Assembly (NCBI RefSeq): GCF_006345805.1
Contig: NC_042998.1
Coordinates: 96,596,001 to 96,660,000, forward strand
Source of the DNA: Octopus sinensis
Lineage: Eukaryota
Length of the DNA: 64,000 nucleotides
Direction: 5' to 3'
Each line of letters begins with the position of its first letter. The stretch's first letter is position 1. Of this stretch, positions 51,270 to 64,000 are shown piece by piece. The notes beneath the pieces are model-generated. The model was not told the origin of the DNA, did not search any database, and worked only from the letters and a program-made list of their open reading frames with translations. The translations under genes were made by a program, and so were the position numbers.

Positions 51270-52169
51270 CTTTTCTCACGGGTTTTGTGGGAGCTCCTTA
51301 AGTCTTGCATGCTATTCATTCTTTTCAGCTATCTAATACTTTCCTGATTATTCTGCCCGTTCCAAGGAGGCAAACTTTTTGTAAAAGTTCTGCTGGGCAC
51401 TCTACTCCAATTTCCTTTATTTTCTTTTTGATGTCTTCTAATATTGTTCCCAAAGACCCAACAATAATTGGCACTACCTGCACCTTCTTAATTTTCCACA
51501 GCTGGGCTATTTCGTGCTTAAGAGGATTGTATCTACCTTTTTGCCTTCCTCCTGGACTATTCGCGGATCAGAGGTGCATGCAACATCAACTATATAGCAT
51601 ATGTGGTGTACCTTGTCCACCACCGCTAGGTCCGATCTGATATGCTCTAGTACCTTATCTGTTTGGATTGGGAAATCTCAGAGGATTTTGCTAGTCTACG
51701 ACTCCATCATTCTCTGCGGCCTGTGCTCATACCACATCTTGCCTCTCTCTAGCCCCCACTTTTCGCAGTTTCCATTGTAGCGCTTTCGTTACTTGGTTGT
51801 GTCATCACAACTTGTAGTGTTTGGGGGCAAGTCTAGGGCATTTGTTCGTGATATGGGCAATGGTTTCATCCACTCTATTGCAGATGCGGCACAGCGGAGA
51901 CACTTGCTCATTCCTAAAGTTGATCCTCCAGTTCGTGACCAAAGCTTAGTCCTGCGCTACCAGTATAGTACTCTCGGTCTCTTTTTTTAGGAATCCTTTC
52001 ATCAGCCAATCCCACCTATTTTTTTCCCAGCAACTTCTGTTGTGGCTACATAGAATTGATTGTGTAGTCCTTCTTGCGTAATTCTTCTTAATATCCTTTT
52101 TTGTACTTCTACGTTTTCTCTTTTTTCTCTGCTCTCAATATCCCCTCGTTCCTAAATGTCACTACCAAG

Positions 52170-52170
<1 letters not shown>
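51270..52170 (-). mobile_element. R4/Dong-like non-LTR retrotransposon 3' part (CCHC plus RLE), next to a (TAA)n tract
   Basis: CRICNRVDETIAHI...C, DFPIQTD, IVDVAC, KVQVVPIIVGSLGT and QKVCLLGTGRIIRKVL on the minus strand. Confidence 0.85.
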
Positions 52171-52234
<64 letters not shown>

Positions 52235-52235
52235 G
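52171..52235. repeat. (TTA)n-(TTG)n microsatellite
   Basis: Direct repeats. Confidence 0.95.
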
Positions 52236-52259
52236 TTTTTTTTTTTTTTGTTTTTTTTA

Positions 52260-52690
52260 AAGGCGGTGAGCTGGCAAAATCGTTAGCTTAGCGGTATTTC
52301 GCCCGTCGCTACGTTCTGAATTCAAATTCTGCCGAAGTCGACTTTACCTTTCATCCTTTCGGGGTCGATTAAATAAGTTACGCGCTGCGATCGATGTAAT
52401 CGGCTATCCCCCTCCCCTAAATCTTTGGCTTGGTAGCTAAAATAGAAAAAATTATTATTATTAAAAGATAGTATACTGATCGAATCATTAGCGCGTCGGA
52501 GAAAATTGCCTTGCGGTAGTTGTTCTGAATCTTTGCATTCTAAGTTCGAATTCTACCGATGTCAACTTTGCCTTTCATCCCTCCGGGATCGATGATGTAA
52601 AGTCCCAATCGAATACTAAGGTCGAGGGAAACGACTAAACACCTATCTTCAAAATTGCTGGCTTTGTGTCTAATCTAGAAACTACTATTA
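52260..52690 (+). mobile_element. Two tandem SINE family B copies
   Basis: Family B motifs at ~52260-52450 and ~52470-52685. Confidence 0.8.
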
Positions 52691-53074
52691 TTGTGGATGG
52701 AGACCCGTGGAATACTAGAAATGGTAACTTGCCAGATGCATGCCTTCACTAGTAGTCAAATACGATTCTATACAATCTGGGTTGGAATCCTGCTGAAGTT
52801 AACATTACCGTTCACCCTTTTAGAGTCGATAAAGGAAGTAACGATATACCAAAATCCTGGGTCAGTTATGATGTTTTCCTTCCTCTGATAATTGCAAGAA
52901 CTTTCAGTGAAAGTGTGATGATTTCGTAATGAGTTCTTTTCGATAAAAATATCTGGTTGATAGCATTATGCAAAATAATATTTTTTTAAATCAGTTAAGG
53001 GCGTGCAAATTCTTAACCGGCTGATAACATCATCCATAGTTATAATAGCTGGTTTCCGTTATATTTATCTTCTT

Positions 53075-53282
53075 TTCTGCTATAGGTACAAAGCCTGCAA
53101 TTTAGAGGAGGGGGTAGTCGAGTTCATCGACCCCAGTGCGTAACTGGTACTTATTTCATTGACCCTGAAAAGATGAAAAGCAAAGTCGACCTCGGCGGAA
53201 TTTGAACTCAGAATGTAGCGACGGGCGAAATACCGCTAAGCATTTCGTCCAGGGTGCAAACGATTCTGCCAGCTTGCCGTCT
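53075..53282 (-). mobile_element. SINE family B
   Basis: Family B consensus, reverse complement. Confidence 0.88.
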
Positions 53283-53310
53283 TTCCGCTGTATTAATTTT
53301 GACTTGGTAA

Positions 53311-53700
53311 TAGGCCTAAGCGTGGCTGTGTGATAAGATGTTTGCTTCCGAACTACATGGTTCCGAGTTCAGTTCCATTGCATGGCACCTTGGGCAAATG
53401 TCTTCTACTATAGCCTCGAGCCGACCAAAGGCTTGTGAGTGGATGTAATAGACAGAAACTGAGAGAAACCTGTAGTGTGTGTCTTTGTGTTTGTTTGTCC
53501 CCCACCGCCACTTGACAATCACTGTTAGTGTACTTACGTCCCCGTAACTTAGCGGTGCAGCAAGAGACCGATAGAATAAGAACCAGGCTTTAAAAAAGTA
53601 GGTACTGGGGGTTGCTTCATTCGACTAAATTTTCTTCAAGGTGGTGCCCCAGTATGGTGGCAGTCTATTGACTGAAACAAGTTAAAAGATAAAAGAAAAA
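53311..53700 (+). mobile_element. SINE family A, full length
   Basis: Complete head, central domain and tail ending gactgaaacaagttaaaagataaaag. Confidence 0.9.
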
Positions 53701-54627
53701 ATAGATTAATAATTACGTTTTACTTTAGCATAAGACCACCATTTTGGAAAGGCATAAATGTCATAACAACGCATGTACCTTCCAAATAAATCAAAATAAT
53801 AATCATACCTAACCATAAGAAATCAATAAATTGTCACTACTGTATTGGATCTTTTTTTTTTATTTATTTAATCATATTTTTTCACCACATCTATTTTAGT
53901 TTCATATCGATATCTTTGAATGAATATAGTCTTGTTTCCTCCATTGGGTTTTGTTCTGTATATAGCTTATTGTTCTACTCTTCTTTATGTAGCTTATTGT
54001 CTTTTTCAATACAACTTATTGTCTTTCAAATAAAGCTGTATTTGCCTTGATACTGACTACGGGTAAATAAATGGTTTCTAAAGATCTTCATATAATTGAA
54101 TTGCCATACCGAGAGTGGTAATAGTGGTGATGGATAGCAGTGGCAACCATGATGGTTGCGGTGGTGGTATGCACAGCTCTCTTTTTAGAAATCTGCTTTT
54201 AGAAATCATCTGAGATTTGCCATAAATTGCTAGCACTTTGTTTTCATATTCTTCGTCTAACATCTAAATTCTTAGCATTACTTGTTGTGGGGGGTAGGGG
54301 CTAAATTTAAGAGTCATTTAAGAGACTGACCGATTAATACAAGCATACATTACATGTGTTTGTATTCTTTTTACAATGAGAAATATTTAAATCTATTTGA
54401 ACCCGGGTGATTGGCTCACAGTAAGAGCACGGTTTCCGGTCAGCCACATCGGCTATACTGTTTCTTTTATTCTCGATTGAAAATATGTTACTTCGCAATG
54501 TATAAGCGTCATAGAATACAAACGTCACAAGGCTTGGACGTTATATCACCTTCTTCCCTAAAAGCGAAAAGCATCGTGTCTGTTAACCCCACCACCATCA
54601 TCTCTATATATATATATTCTTCTATTG

Positions 54628-55575
54628 TTTTACTTGTTTCAGTCATTTGACTGCGGTCATGCTGGAGCACCGCCTTCAAGAGTTTTAGCTCAACAAATTG
54701 ACCCCAGGATTTTTTGTAAGCCTAGTACTTATTCTATCGGTTTCTTTTGCCGAACTGCTAATTACAGGAACATAAACACACCAACAACGGTTGCCAAGCG
54801 GTGATGGAGGGGACACACACACACACGTATATATATATATATATATATATATGAAACCATAATTTGATTTCAAATTTTGGCACAAAGCCAACAATTTCGG
54901 GGAGGAGATAAATTGATTACATCAACCCCAGTACCTCATTTTGCTTTTCATCATTTCTGGGTCTATAAAATAAGTTTATTTTATTTTATAGACCCCGAAA
55001 TGAGGAAAAGCAGAATCGACTTCGGCAGAATTTGAACTCAGAACGTAAAGACGGATGAAATGCGACTAATCATTTTGCCCAGCGTGCTAACGATTCAGCC
55101 AGGTCGGCGCCTTACAACTCACCATGATATTGATTTGTAACAATAGCACAAGATGAGAAATTGGGTCGAGGAGGGAAATCAATTATATTGACTCTAGTAC
55201 TCACGTTATTGATCCCAGAACGAATGAAAGGGAAAGTTGACTTCGGCGAGATCTGAACGCAGAACGTTAAAGGTTTCGTAAGTAAATACCGCAAAAGCAC
55301 TTTGTTCGACGCTCTACCATTTCTGCCAATCAACAGCTTTTTTTAATACACCATGACAAAGATTTCTGATTGAAGCACAAGGCCAATAATTTTACGAGAA
55401 GGTTGCCAGCCGATATCAACCATCTCAGTACTAGACTGGTATGACAGTTTATCGACCTCGTAGGGATGAAAGTCAAAGATGACCTTGGCGTATTCTGAAC
55501 TCAGAATGTATAGAGCCAGTAGAAATGCTGCATGACCTTTTTTTCCGATAGATTGACGATTCTGCCAGCTCACAC
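54628..55575 (-). mobile_element. SINE cluster: family A 3' half plus three family B copies of differing age
   Basis: Family A tail at 54628-54815. Family B at ~54860-55112, ~55140-55330 and ~55370-55575. Confidence 0.75.
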
Positions 55576-55971
55576 CACCTTTTAATCAACCATAAGCTTG
55601 AAATATGAGAATATACTTGGCTTTCATTCCACATTGGATTTGGAAATTAATGAAACAGAATCGGAATATTTTAGACTTGTTTGGTTCTGCTTTTGTAAAA
55701 TGAATGAAATATGATTTGTAGCAAAACGATGAGGACACACAGTTTTAGAACATATCTACGGAGGTATGCCTCACTCCCTACCCTACTGTGTTTCTTTCTA
55801 ACTTTCTGAAAAACGCATATATTTTAATGAAATTTTCTCAGGTGGTACAGATTAGGTCTATTCTCAAATTTCTTGAGAATTTTTTCGAAGAAGTGGAGAG
55901 AAGTTTCAGATAAATCATACATCTCAATTTGTTTCCTCATATATCTTTAAATAATTTTTTTTACAGACACG

Positions 55972-56148
55972 TTTCAGGTGATGTAGATTACAATTATGTC
56001 TGAATTTGATGTGGAAAAAAACTGGGGTTGGATAATTCACAAGCCTCAACTTTATTTCCATGTACGTTTTGATGTGGTGTGTGAAATATCTTCCCCTCTT
56101 TTTTTTCACATCAAATTCTGACTTAATCGTAACCTACACCATCTGAAA
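55972..56148. repeat. Imperfect long inverted repeat (probable palindromic MITE remnant)
   Basis: tttcaggtgatgtagattacaattatgtctgaatttgatgtggaaaa...ttcaca pairs with tgtgaa...ttttcacatcaaattctgacttaatcgtaacctacaccatctgaaa. Confidence 0.7.
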
Positions 56149-56734
56149 TTTTGTTTTAAGATATCCATTTTTCAGAGGGTTATCAGGAACAAAGTTGAGA
56201 AAGGATAGAAATCTGTAGTTAGGTTCAGTGCCGGAAGGGAGGCTATAGTCGGATGGACTACATCTTGTAATTATTTTATCGATACTTGAACGATAAAGAA
56301 GCAAAATAGATCGCCGCAAGATCTGAAACCAAACATAAAAAGGGCGGTAACTAAATAACTAAACACTAAGGATTTCGTTTGACGCTCTAACAGTACCACC
56401 ATTCACCACTCACACCTCTAATCTTTTTGTCTAAACCCTTCAAAGTAGTATTGGAGATTTAGTGAAGTAAATCGATACCAATACTTATTTTTTAAAGTAT
56501 GGTACTTACTCTATCGGGTCTCTTTCAGCTGAACCATTATGTAACGAGGACGCAAACAAAAAATACCAGTTGTCAAGCGGTGATGGAGAATAGTCACAAA
56601 CTGGAAGACACACACGTGCGCATATAAACGCTCGCGTGCGCGCATAGGTCTCCAAAGTAAATAGACACCCTTTCATTCCATCATTATACCGTTTTATTTG
56701 TGCGGACACTACTCATTAGCATGGATATATTGGG

Positions 56735-56848
56735 TGTGGTGAAGGAGCAATGTCTCAAAGTACCGCCCGCCGTTGGTTTTCGCGTTTCGAAAATGCGAAT
56801 TTTGACTTCAAGGACGGATCACACAGCGGTCGACCAATTAAATTCGAT
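56735..56848 (+). mobile_element. mariner (DD34D-type) transposase N-terminal HTH fragment
   Basis: CGEGAMSQSTARRWFSRFENANFDFKDGSHSGRPIKFD matches the mariner motif W F xx F xx G x F xx D xx R SGRP. Confidence 0.8.
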
Positions 56849-57198
56849 TGACCTTTCCCATTGAGAGAAGGTGGTTCACCACAGGTCTTTTTTTTTTATC
56901 ACAATCCATCTGCTCCGCATATTCTCTGGTAGTTTGACGTGGATTTTCATGAAGTTGATTCAATTGCACTCCATCGAACTCAACCCAATGTTAATCGAAG
57001 TGTACATAACGGCCGACCTTAACGATTAATTTCCCACTCACCGATCTTACGTATCACTTTACATAACCGCCATCTCTGAAGAGCGCAGGGTTACATAATC
57101 GAACTGTTACCTAATGCTCCGTTGAACGCCTAGTGCGAAACTAATCTGTAAGATCGGCATATTACAGATCGATTTATATATAGATGTATAAATATAGT

Positions 57199-57235
<37 letters not shown>

Positions 57236-57254
57236 ATACATATGTACGCGCGTG

Positions 57255-57413
57255 ACAACCTTCCGTACAGCTTCTATTCATCAAATTCACTCACTCAGTA
57301 GGCACTGGTCGGCCCCAGGCTATAGTAGAAAGCACTTGCCCAAGAGTAGGACTGAACGCGAAACCTCGTAACTGCAAAGCGAACATCTTAACTACAGAGC
57401 CATGCCATTGCCT
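57255..57413 (-). mobile_element. SINE family A, 5' half
   Basis: ggtcggccccaggctatagtagaaagcacttgcccaag. Confidence 0.75.
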
Positions 57414-57754
57414 ACAATATGAAAGAGCACATCACTAACTAAATGGCTAGTTACACTTAGTTCAATATGTTAGTCATTTATTCTAATTACACTTAATCTC
57501 ATTAGTTCATCTATCAGAAAATTCGAAATATATTTACCAACTTCTTTCATCTTTGCATTATTAAATGAAGTAACAAAGAGGATGGCGGCGCCGATGATAA
57601 CAGCAGCAACAGCATCAGTCAAATGTTAACTGGTTTTGATTGTATCTGCAAAAATTTAATTTTGAAAAACTCTTTTTCTGTGTGTGTGCGTCTGGTTAAT
57701 AAATTCTTGTTGATAAATATATATTTCGAATGTTTAGAATTAAACACATGACTA

Positions 57755-57930
57755 TATGTGTGTATGTGTAGTGTGGATATGTATATGTATGTATATGCAT
57801 ATGTATATATATATATGTATATGCATATGTATGTACATATACACACACATATACGTATGTGTGTATACATCTACACATAGAGACACATATACACACAAAT
57901 ATACATTCACGCATGCTTACATATATATAT

Positions 57931-57973
<43 letters not shown>

Positions 57974-58042
57974 GCATATATATATACATATATATACATA
58001 TATATATGTATGTATATATATATAATATATATATATATTATA

Positions 58043-58073
<31 letters not shown>

Positions 58074-58298
58074 GTATGTATGTATGTATATATATATACA
58101 TATATATATGTATGTATTATGTATGTATGTATGTATGTATGTATGTATGTATGTATATATATATATACATATATATATACATATATACATACATACATAT
58201 ATATATTATGTATGTATGTATATATATACATATATATATGTATGTATGTATGTATATATATATATATATATAATATATATATATATATACATACATAC

Positions 58299-58331
<33 letters not shown>

Positions 58332-58398
58332 TATATATATTATATATATATATATATATATAATGTACGTGTGTGTGTTTGTATGCATGTATGTATAT
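57755..58398. repeat. Large (TA)n/(TATG)n compound microsatellite
   Basis: Direct repeats. Confidence 0.95.
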
Positions 58399-58845
58399 TA
58401 ACAAGTAATATTGAGTTGGTGTGTATGTCTTTAAACTATTTAATCTTTATAAATTGGAGAGAGGGAGAGGGCGAGAAGAAAGTGATGAACTCACAAGATT
58501 TTATGTTAAATCGATCACTTTCATCGTAGCATTGTAACTTATAAATTTCATTGATTATCTCAGGTTATCAGGCTTCGGTATACTGTTGTTGCTTTTGTTG
58601 TTGTTCACATGTCAACAGAGCTGAGAGAAAGAACTTAAAGCGACCAGTGGCGTAAATATGGACAAAGACGAATGAATATATAGCCGAATGAATAATTGCT
58701 TTTGATATTTTCGAGAGAAACGTAAACAAATACCTCGTGCTAAATGCGTCCAACACTGAATGAGAAGAGGAAATAATTGCAAAAATCAAGAATTCTTCGC
58801 AGTCTATAAACTAATCGGGAAAGTCTGTTTGATTGTATAGAAAAG

Positions 58846-58933
58846 AGAGGAGCTTAGAATACGTTTCTGTCTCAGTTGTCGTCATCAGAGAGGAGCTTAG
58901 AACACATGTTTCTGCCTCAGTCGTCGTCATCAG
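58846..58933. repeat. Two-copy tandem repeat (43 and 45 bp)
   Basis: agaggagcttagaa...gtttctg.ctcagt.gtcgtcatcag occurs twice. Confidence 0.9.
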
Positions 58934-61900
58934 CCCAGTTGTTGCCTTATCTTGACCATATTGTGTTTATGTTTGAGATTTAGACACAAGCAAAAGGAAT
59001 TTCATATATAGATGCGTGTTTACAGGCACATATCTTTTTAGAGAATTAATTCAGGATTTGCCGAAATATCTATTACTTTTTCATGTTTATACCGCTTAAT
59101 TACGATCGTACACATACTATGTCTATATAACGATTTGTATATATAAAATTGTACGTTGTGGGATCAAGCTGCTCGTGTAGAAAATATATATTTGAAAATG
59201 AATGTTGTTCATTTGCATCTTCGTAACGGTGACAATGTCATGTAGACGACTCGTAGTTATAAGAACAATATTCGCAATAATCATTTCAGTTAAAGATTCC
59301 TGGTGCATTTAATTGAACCTGTTGAAAAATAGTTTTTGATATTAGCCATTAAACTGTAAGGGGATCATAAAATTTCTGTGTTGTTCTCAAATAATAATTA
59401 TAAAGGTTACAAAGTGAAAATCCATTTTATACATATTGAGTTGTCATATAAATTCGTTCACTTTTTTTTTTTTTTTTTTTCATTTCTTTTTCCACTTTTT
59501 CCACAAACATCATATGTTTGAAAAGAGGCAAAATTTATTCAAAGTTCAAAAGCGATGAACAAAAGTTATAAACGATGAAAAGAGCTACAAAAAGACATAT
59601 AAAACACTACGATAAAAATAGATTTCTTGTTAAATCAAATAACAGTGGAAAGAATCAAAGAGTGGTGGGGAGGGAAATACGAACGAAACTATCTGACTAC
59701 CTTATTCAAACAACTCCTTATTATTCCTTATTACAAGGACTCGACAATAACATATGGAAAGAACATGCTGACTTTGCGAAACTTACAGATAAGTGTTAAA
59801 AACAAGATAGTTCAAGACACAAATGAATGTATTTAATAAAGTCGAATGCTTCATTTGTCGATATTTTAGGATGTTGTGCCGTCTGCAGGGTAGATACAGC
59901 GAAAGAGGCTTGAATTAGTTCAGTAATTACTCTCTATGTGCGTGTTGATTATGTCATTCATATCTTGTTTTGCTACAGTTTTTTTTTATTTTACTTTTAA
60001 AATCGTTAATATTCTATTTGCTATATTCTACGAAGGGTTTATATTTTCTGTTTGATGTAGCTAAACTGCTATTCTTTTCGGTAGGTCATTTTATGTTATT
60101 GCTACGTTGGTGTTGTCATTGTTGAAATTCCACTGCTATACACCATTGTATGTTTGTCCGACTTGAAGTTCTGCACCTCTGAAATCAAATTTCTATGAAC
60201 GGCAGAAAAAAAATTCTCTTCATATTCACAACCAAAAGATCTGTATGCAAAAGACGAAGATCCTAACCAAAAACAACTCTTTATCAGCATAACCAAAGCA
60301 TATATAAGCCTCAACCCACATAACATATACCATATATGGCAGAGAACTATTGAATCTCTTAAAAGAAATTATTTATCCATGAAGTTCATTACTAACTTAG
60401 ATAGATAGGAAGGTACGTACGTACGCATATAAATAATGAATCGTGATTATGTAAACTTTAAAGGTACTTCATACAGTCCTACAGACGGTTACAATATTAA
60501 ATAAACTTCCACAGAAAGATAATTCAAAGGAGGGCTGCGAGATAAAGGTGGCAGGCAGCAAGCAAGCCAATAAGTAAACGAAACGATGCACGAATAGCGG
60601 AAGCAGAATCATCAGAAATATATCCATCAATTCTTTAACTAGATTGTACATAACATATCTGAAATTATTGCTTTCAAGTTTACCAAACGAATACTGGATT
60701 AAATAGATCGCCGTTGTTCATATAATCCAAGCATCAGTTATCTTTGAATTTTTTGAACACATTTCGAAATATTTCCATTGTTGATTTTATTATTCTTTCT
60801 TTTGTGTTTAGGGGTGGTGGGGTTGTTGATATTTTTTTAATGTATTTTTATTATCATCTTCGAAGTGCAGCTTAATCAAACCACCTCGTCGAAGATGCAA
60901 GGATTTGCTAGTTGATTTGGTGCTTTGTTCAGGAATATATTTTTCCTTTGAGTAGTATTCTGTGGAATGAAATATTTGAAGTTTTGTCAATAAATTCGAA
61001 CTGAACTCTTTTACACTGCAGAAGTAAGCTACGTGACAACTGTGTGTGTTACATATATCAAAGAGAGTTCATCCCTATATCGATTTCTTTAGAAAGGTAC
61101 AACGCCTCGGGTTTATAACGAACAGAGGAATGATATGGAGTTTTGATATATACTGCTTTAGATTTAAAAGGTTATGAATGGTATTGTGTCATGTTCGTGT
61201 GTCTTAAAAATGGATTTTTGTTTTTTGTTTTTGGATAAAGTAACGTGCATCTCAATTAACTGCCAACAAAACTAGGCGATGATCTCGGTTCACCAATTAC
61301 GTTACACGTCAATGAGATCCACATTTTCTACTTAATATTAATTAGAATCTCTCTCCGTGTCAAAAATGATTGATATGTTCCTCAAACAAAATTGATATTT
61401 TCCTATAAATTTCATATACATGATAATAGTATTAATATCAATATTATTATATATTATTAGTACTAATATAAAATAAAAAATACAATTGGTTTTATAATTA
61501 TAATATGTAATACCTATGAAATATATCTTTCTCTAACTAGCTCTTCTATAAATAAGATTGATATCCTCCGCAAATACATTTGATATCTTCAAACAGTTTC
61601 ATTAAATAAGGCTAATGGTCGATCATATTAGATCAAACTGCATCTTTAATACTATGAAGATGATATCAATAAAATTATTACATGAGAAATTTTATTCTCA
61701 ACTAGATACGATTGAACTTGTATTCAAATACAATTTTGAGTTTTGTGTTTTTTGTTTGTGCGTGTTTGTTTTTGTTGTTATTTTGTATTTTTTCATTAAA
61801 TATTAATGGCATTGATTTATTTTGATTAACTACAAAGATCTTATATATTATAGAAAGAAAAAATATAGACAGCTGCAATCTTATAATCATTCCATCGTCT

Positions 61901-62009
61901 ATTAACAACGAAAGTGATGGCAAATAACTAAGTGTGAATCGAAACCGAATCGTGATCTTCGCAAATTAAAAATCTATTTCTTTTCCTATGGTGTTCACTA
62001 CGAACGAGT

Positions 62010-62225
62010 AGAGGCGCATGGCTTAGTGGTTAGGATGTTGCACTAACAATTGCAAGATTGTTGTTTCGATTCTTCGACCGGGTGGTGCGTTGTGTTGTTG
62101 AGCCCCAATGCTCCAGTCCACTCGGCTGTAAATGAGTAGCTTTTGTCGGACTGGCGTTCCGTTCAAAGGAGATGTCATCTCGGTCACTTACACGCTATCA
62201 ATACCAGGTCCTATGAGTCGTAATG
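62010..62225 (+). mobile_element. SINE family C
   Basis: ggcgcatggcttagtggttagg (A box), gtttcgattc (B-box-like) and gctccagtccactcggctgtaaatgag. Confidence 0.75.
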
Positions 62226-63774
62226 TCTGGCTAGTCTTATTTACTTTTTACTACAAATAAAATTGCCATTCCCCAGCATATAATGCTTATTTATTTTCAA
62301 TAAGTAGGTTATTTCAATCAAGAAATCTGTTTAAGAAGGCATGGCAAAAAAAAAAGAAAAAGAAAGAAACAAAGAAAAAATTAAAACGAAATAAAAGTAA
62401 AATATTCGTTTGAGTGACTGTGTATATGGCTCTCAATATTTCTCTGATGATCCGAGGCTGGGTGTGTTGACAAAATATAATAAAACATCTTAGTATTGAT
62501 AATCAATAGATATCACTAAAAGAAAGCAGAAATAATCCTTTAGAAACTGTGCTTCAAGATAGTGAACCGATTTAATAAGAACAAATAAAGCTTTGTGAAG
62601 AAGCTAAATTTACTTTGGTTTACTTTTTGGTGTTGATTAAATTAATTTAACCTTTTTTTTTCTGTCAGCTTCTTTTCTTTCAAAATCAATATATCGATAA
62701 TGCAACAATATTAGATTAATCGATAATTCAACAATATTTCGGAAAAGAAAATAAGGTTTTCTTCAATTACTAAAGTGTGTAATCGTTAACAATGTCAACC
62801 TCACGTCTATTGACACTCATCGAAAATACGATAGAAACGAGGAATCAAGTTAAGCTATGTTGATTCAACTGATAAAATATAGGATGACACAGGAAATATC
62901 TTTCTCGTCAGTGGGGAGTAGTAAAGTAATTACCTCTTCAATCGCTATAGTTTAGTAAAGTATATCACATTTGAATGTCTAATACATATGTAGAGGGGGA
63001 GAGATAGAAAAAGAGGGAGAGAGAAAGATTTGCGTTTTTCATTCTTTGTATTTTTACTGTATCGTTTTCTGTGCAGAATCTTCCACGAGCGGGTGTTGAA
63101 CATGTCCTGGCTCTGGGTAAAAGAAAATACTGAAAGATCAGATAATTATGATTTTATTCAACTTATCCCCCTTCTCAGGTTCACACATTTACTGCAGCGG
63201 TCCTTCAGTTTTTCTAAGCCCTTAAAAGAACTCGGGTGGTTGGGCCTCCAACCAAGCCTTTCGCGACACCCTTAAAGCCAGGAACTTTTCAGCACCCCTT
63301 CGTATGACAATTAGCTGTGTGGTAGTTGGGTTGAACGACAGAAACTGAAAGGACATTGGTTAAAAGAATTAGCCTTTATTTTTGAAAGGAAAAGATCAGA
63401 TATCTAGGTTTTAGTCCGTTAAGTAAATCATAAATGTGTGGGGGTGGGTGTCTACTTTAACCTGTTTAAGAAAATCTGTCACGGCGAAACTTCGAAGTCA
63501 CTTTCTATATTTTACTTCTAAATACACAAACGCACACGCAAACACACATACAAATATACACAAACTCACACTAACACACACACACACACATGGTTTCTTT
63601 GTATAGAATACACTTTGTAGTGCTCAAGAGATTTGAACTTGAGCTGGTAGAGAAGTAAATGTAAGGACAAGCAAGTTTAGGCAAGTCAATAGACAAAATG
63701 TATTGAATATATTTAATACAAAAATTGTATTTAATATTTTCTGTATTTGACTGGCCTAACTTGCTATATGTATT

Positions 63775-63801
63775 ATACATATATATATATATATATGTAT
63801 A

Positions 63802-63898
<97 letters not shown>

Positions 63899-64000
63899 CA
63901 TACATACATACATACATACATACATACATACATACATACATACATACACACACGACATACATATATATATATATACATACATATGTAGTATGTATGTATG
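63775..64000. repeat. (TA)n/(TACA)n microsatellite
   Basis: Direct repeats. Confidence 0.95.

Noticed and set aside
59430-59840. Possible very old mariner remnant
   Set aside because: A TIR-like start and faint similarity only, with no clear catalytic motif.

Overview
This is AT-rich eukaryotic repeat-dense DNA, not prokaryotic. The SINE families and microsatellite density suggest a coleoid cephalopod, probably Octopus (inference). I found no convincing host protein-coding exon, RNA gene or CRISPR array, and most ORF-track entries are translations of microsatellites. The window holds many microsatellites and dozens of copies of at least three tRNA-derived SINE families. It also holds a 5.3-kb frameshifted L1/Tx1-clade LINE between (GATA)n tracts, R4/Dong-like, RTE and Penelope-like fragments, Tc1/mariner remnants and MITEs. 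The most notable element is a 2.0-kb, TSD-flanked, ORF1-only Tx1-related retroelement (12453-14456). Its 3' terminal stem-loop is shared, with compensatory changes, by the Tx1 LINE and one SINE subfamily, suggesting a LINE / half-LINE / SINE trio using one RT recognition signal. A short TA-flanked repeat family also folds as a minimal hammerhead-like RNA with a non-canonical core. All alignments were done by eye, and boundaries of degraded elements are approximate.
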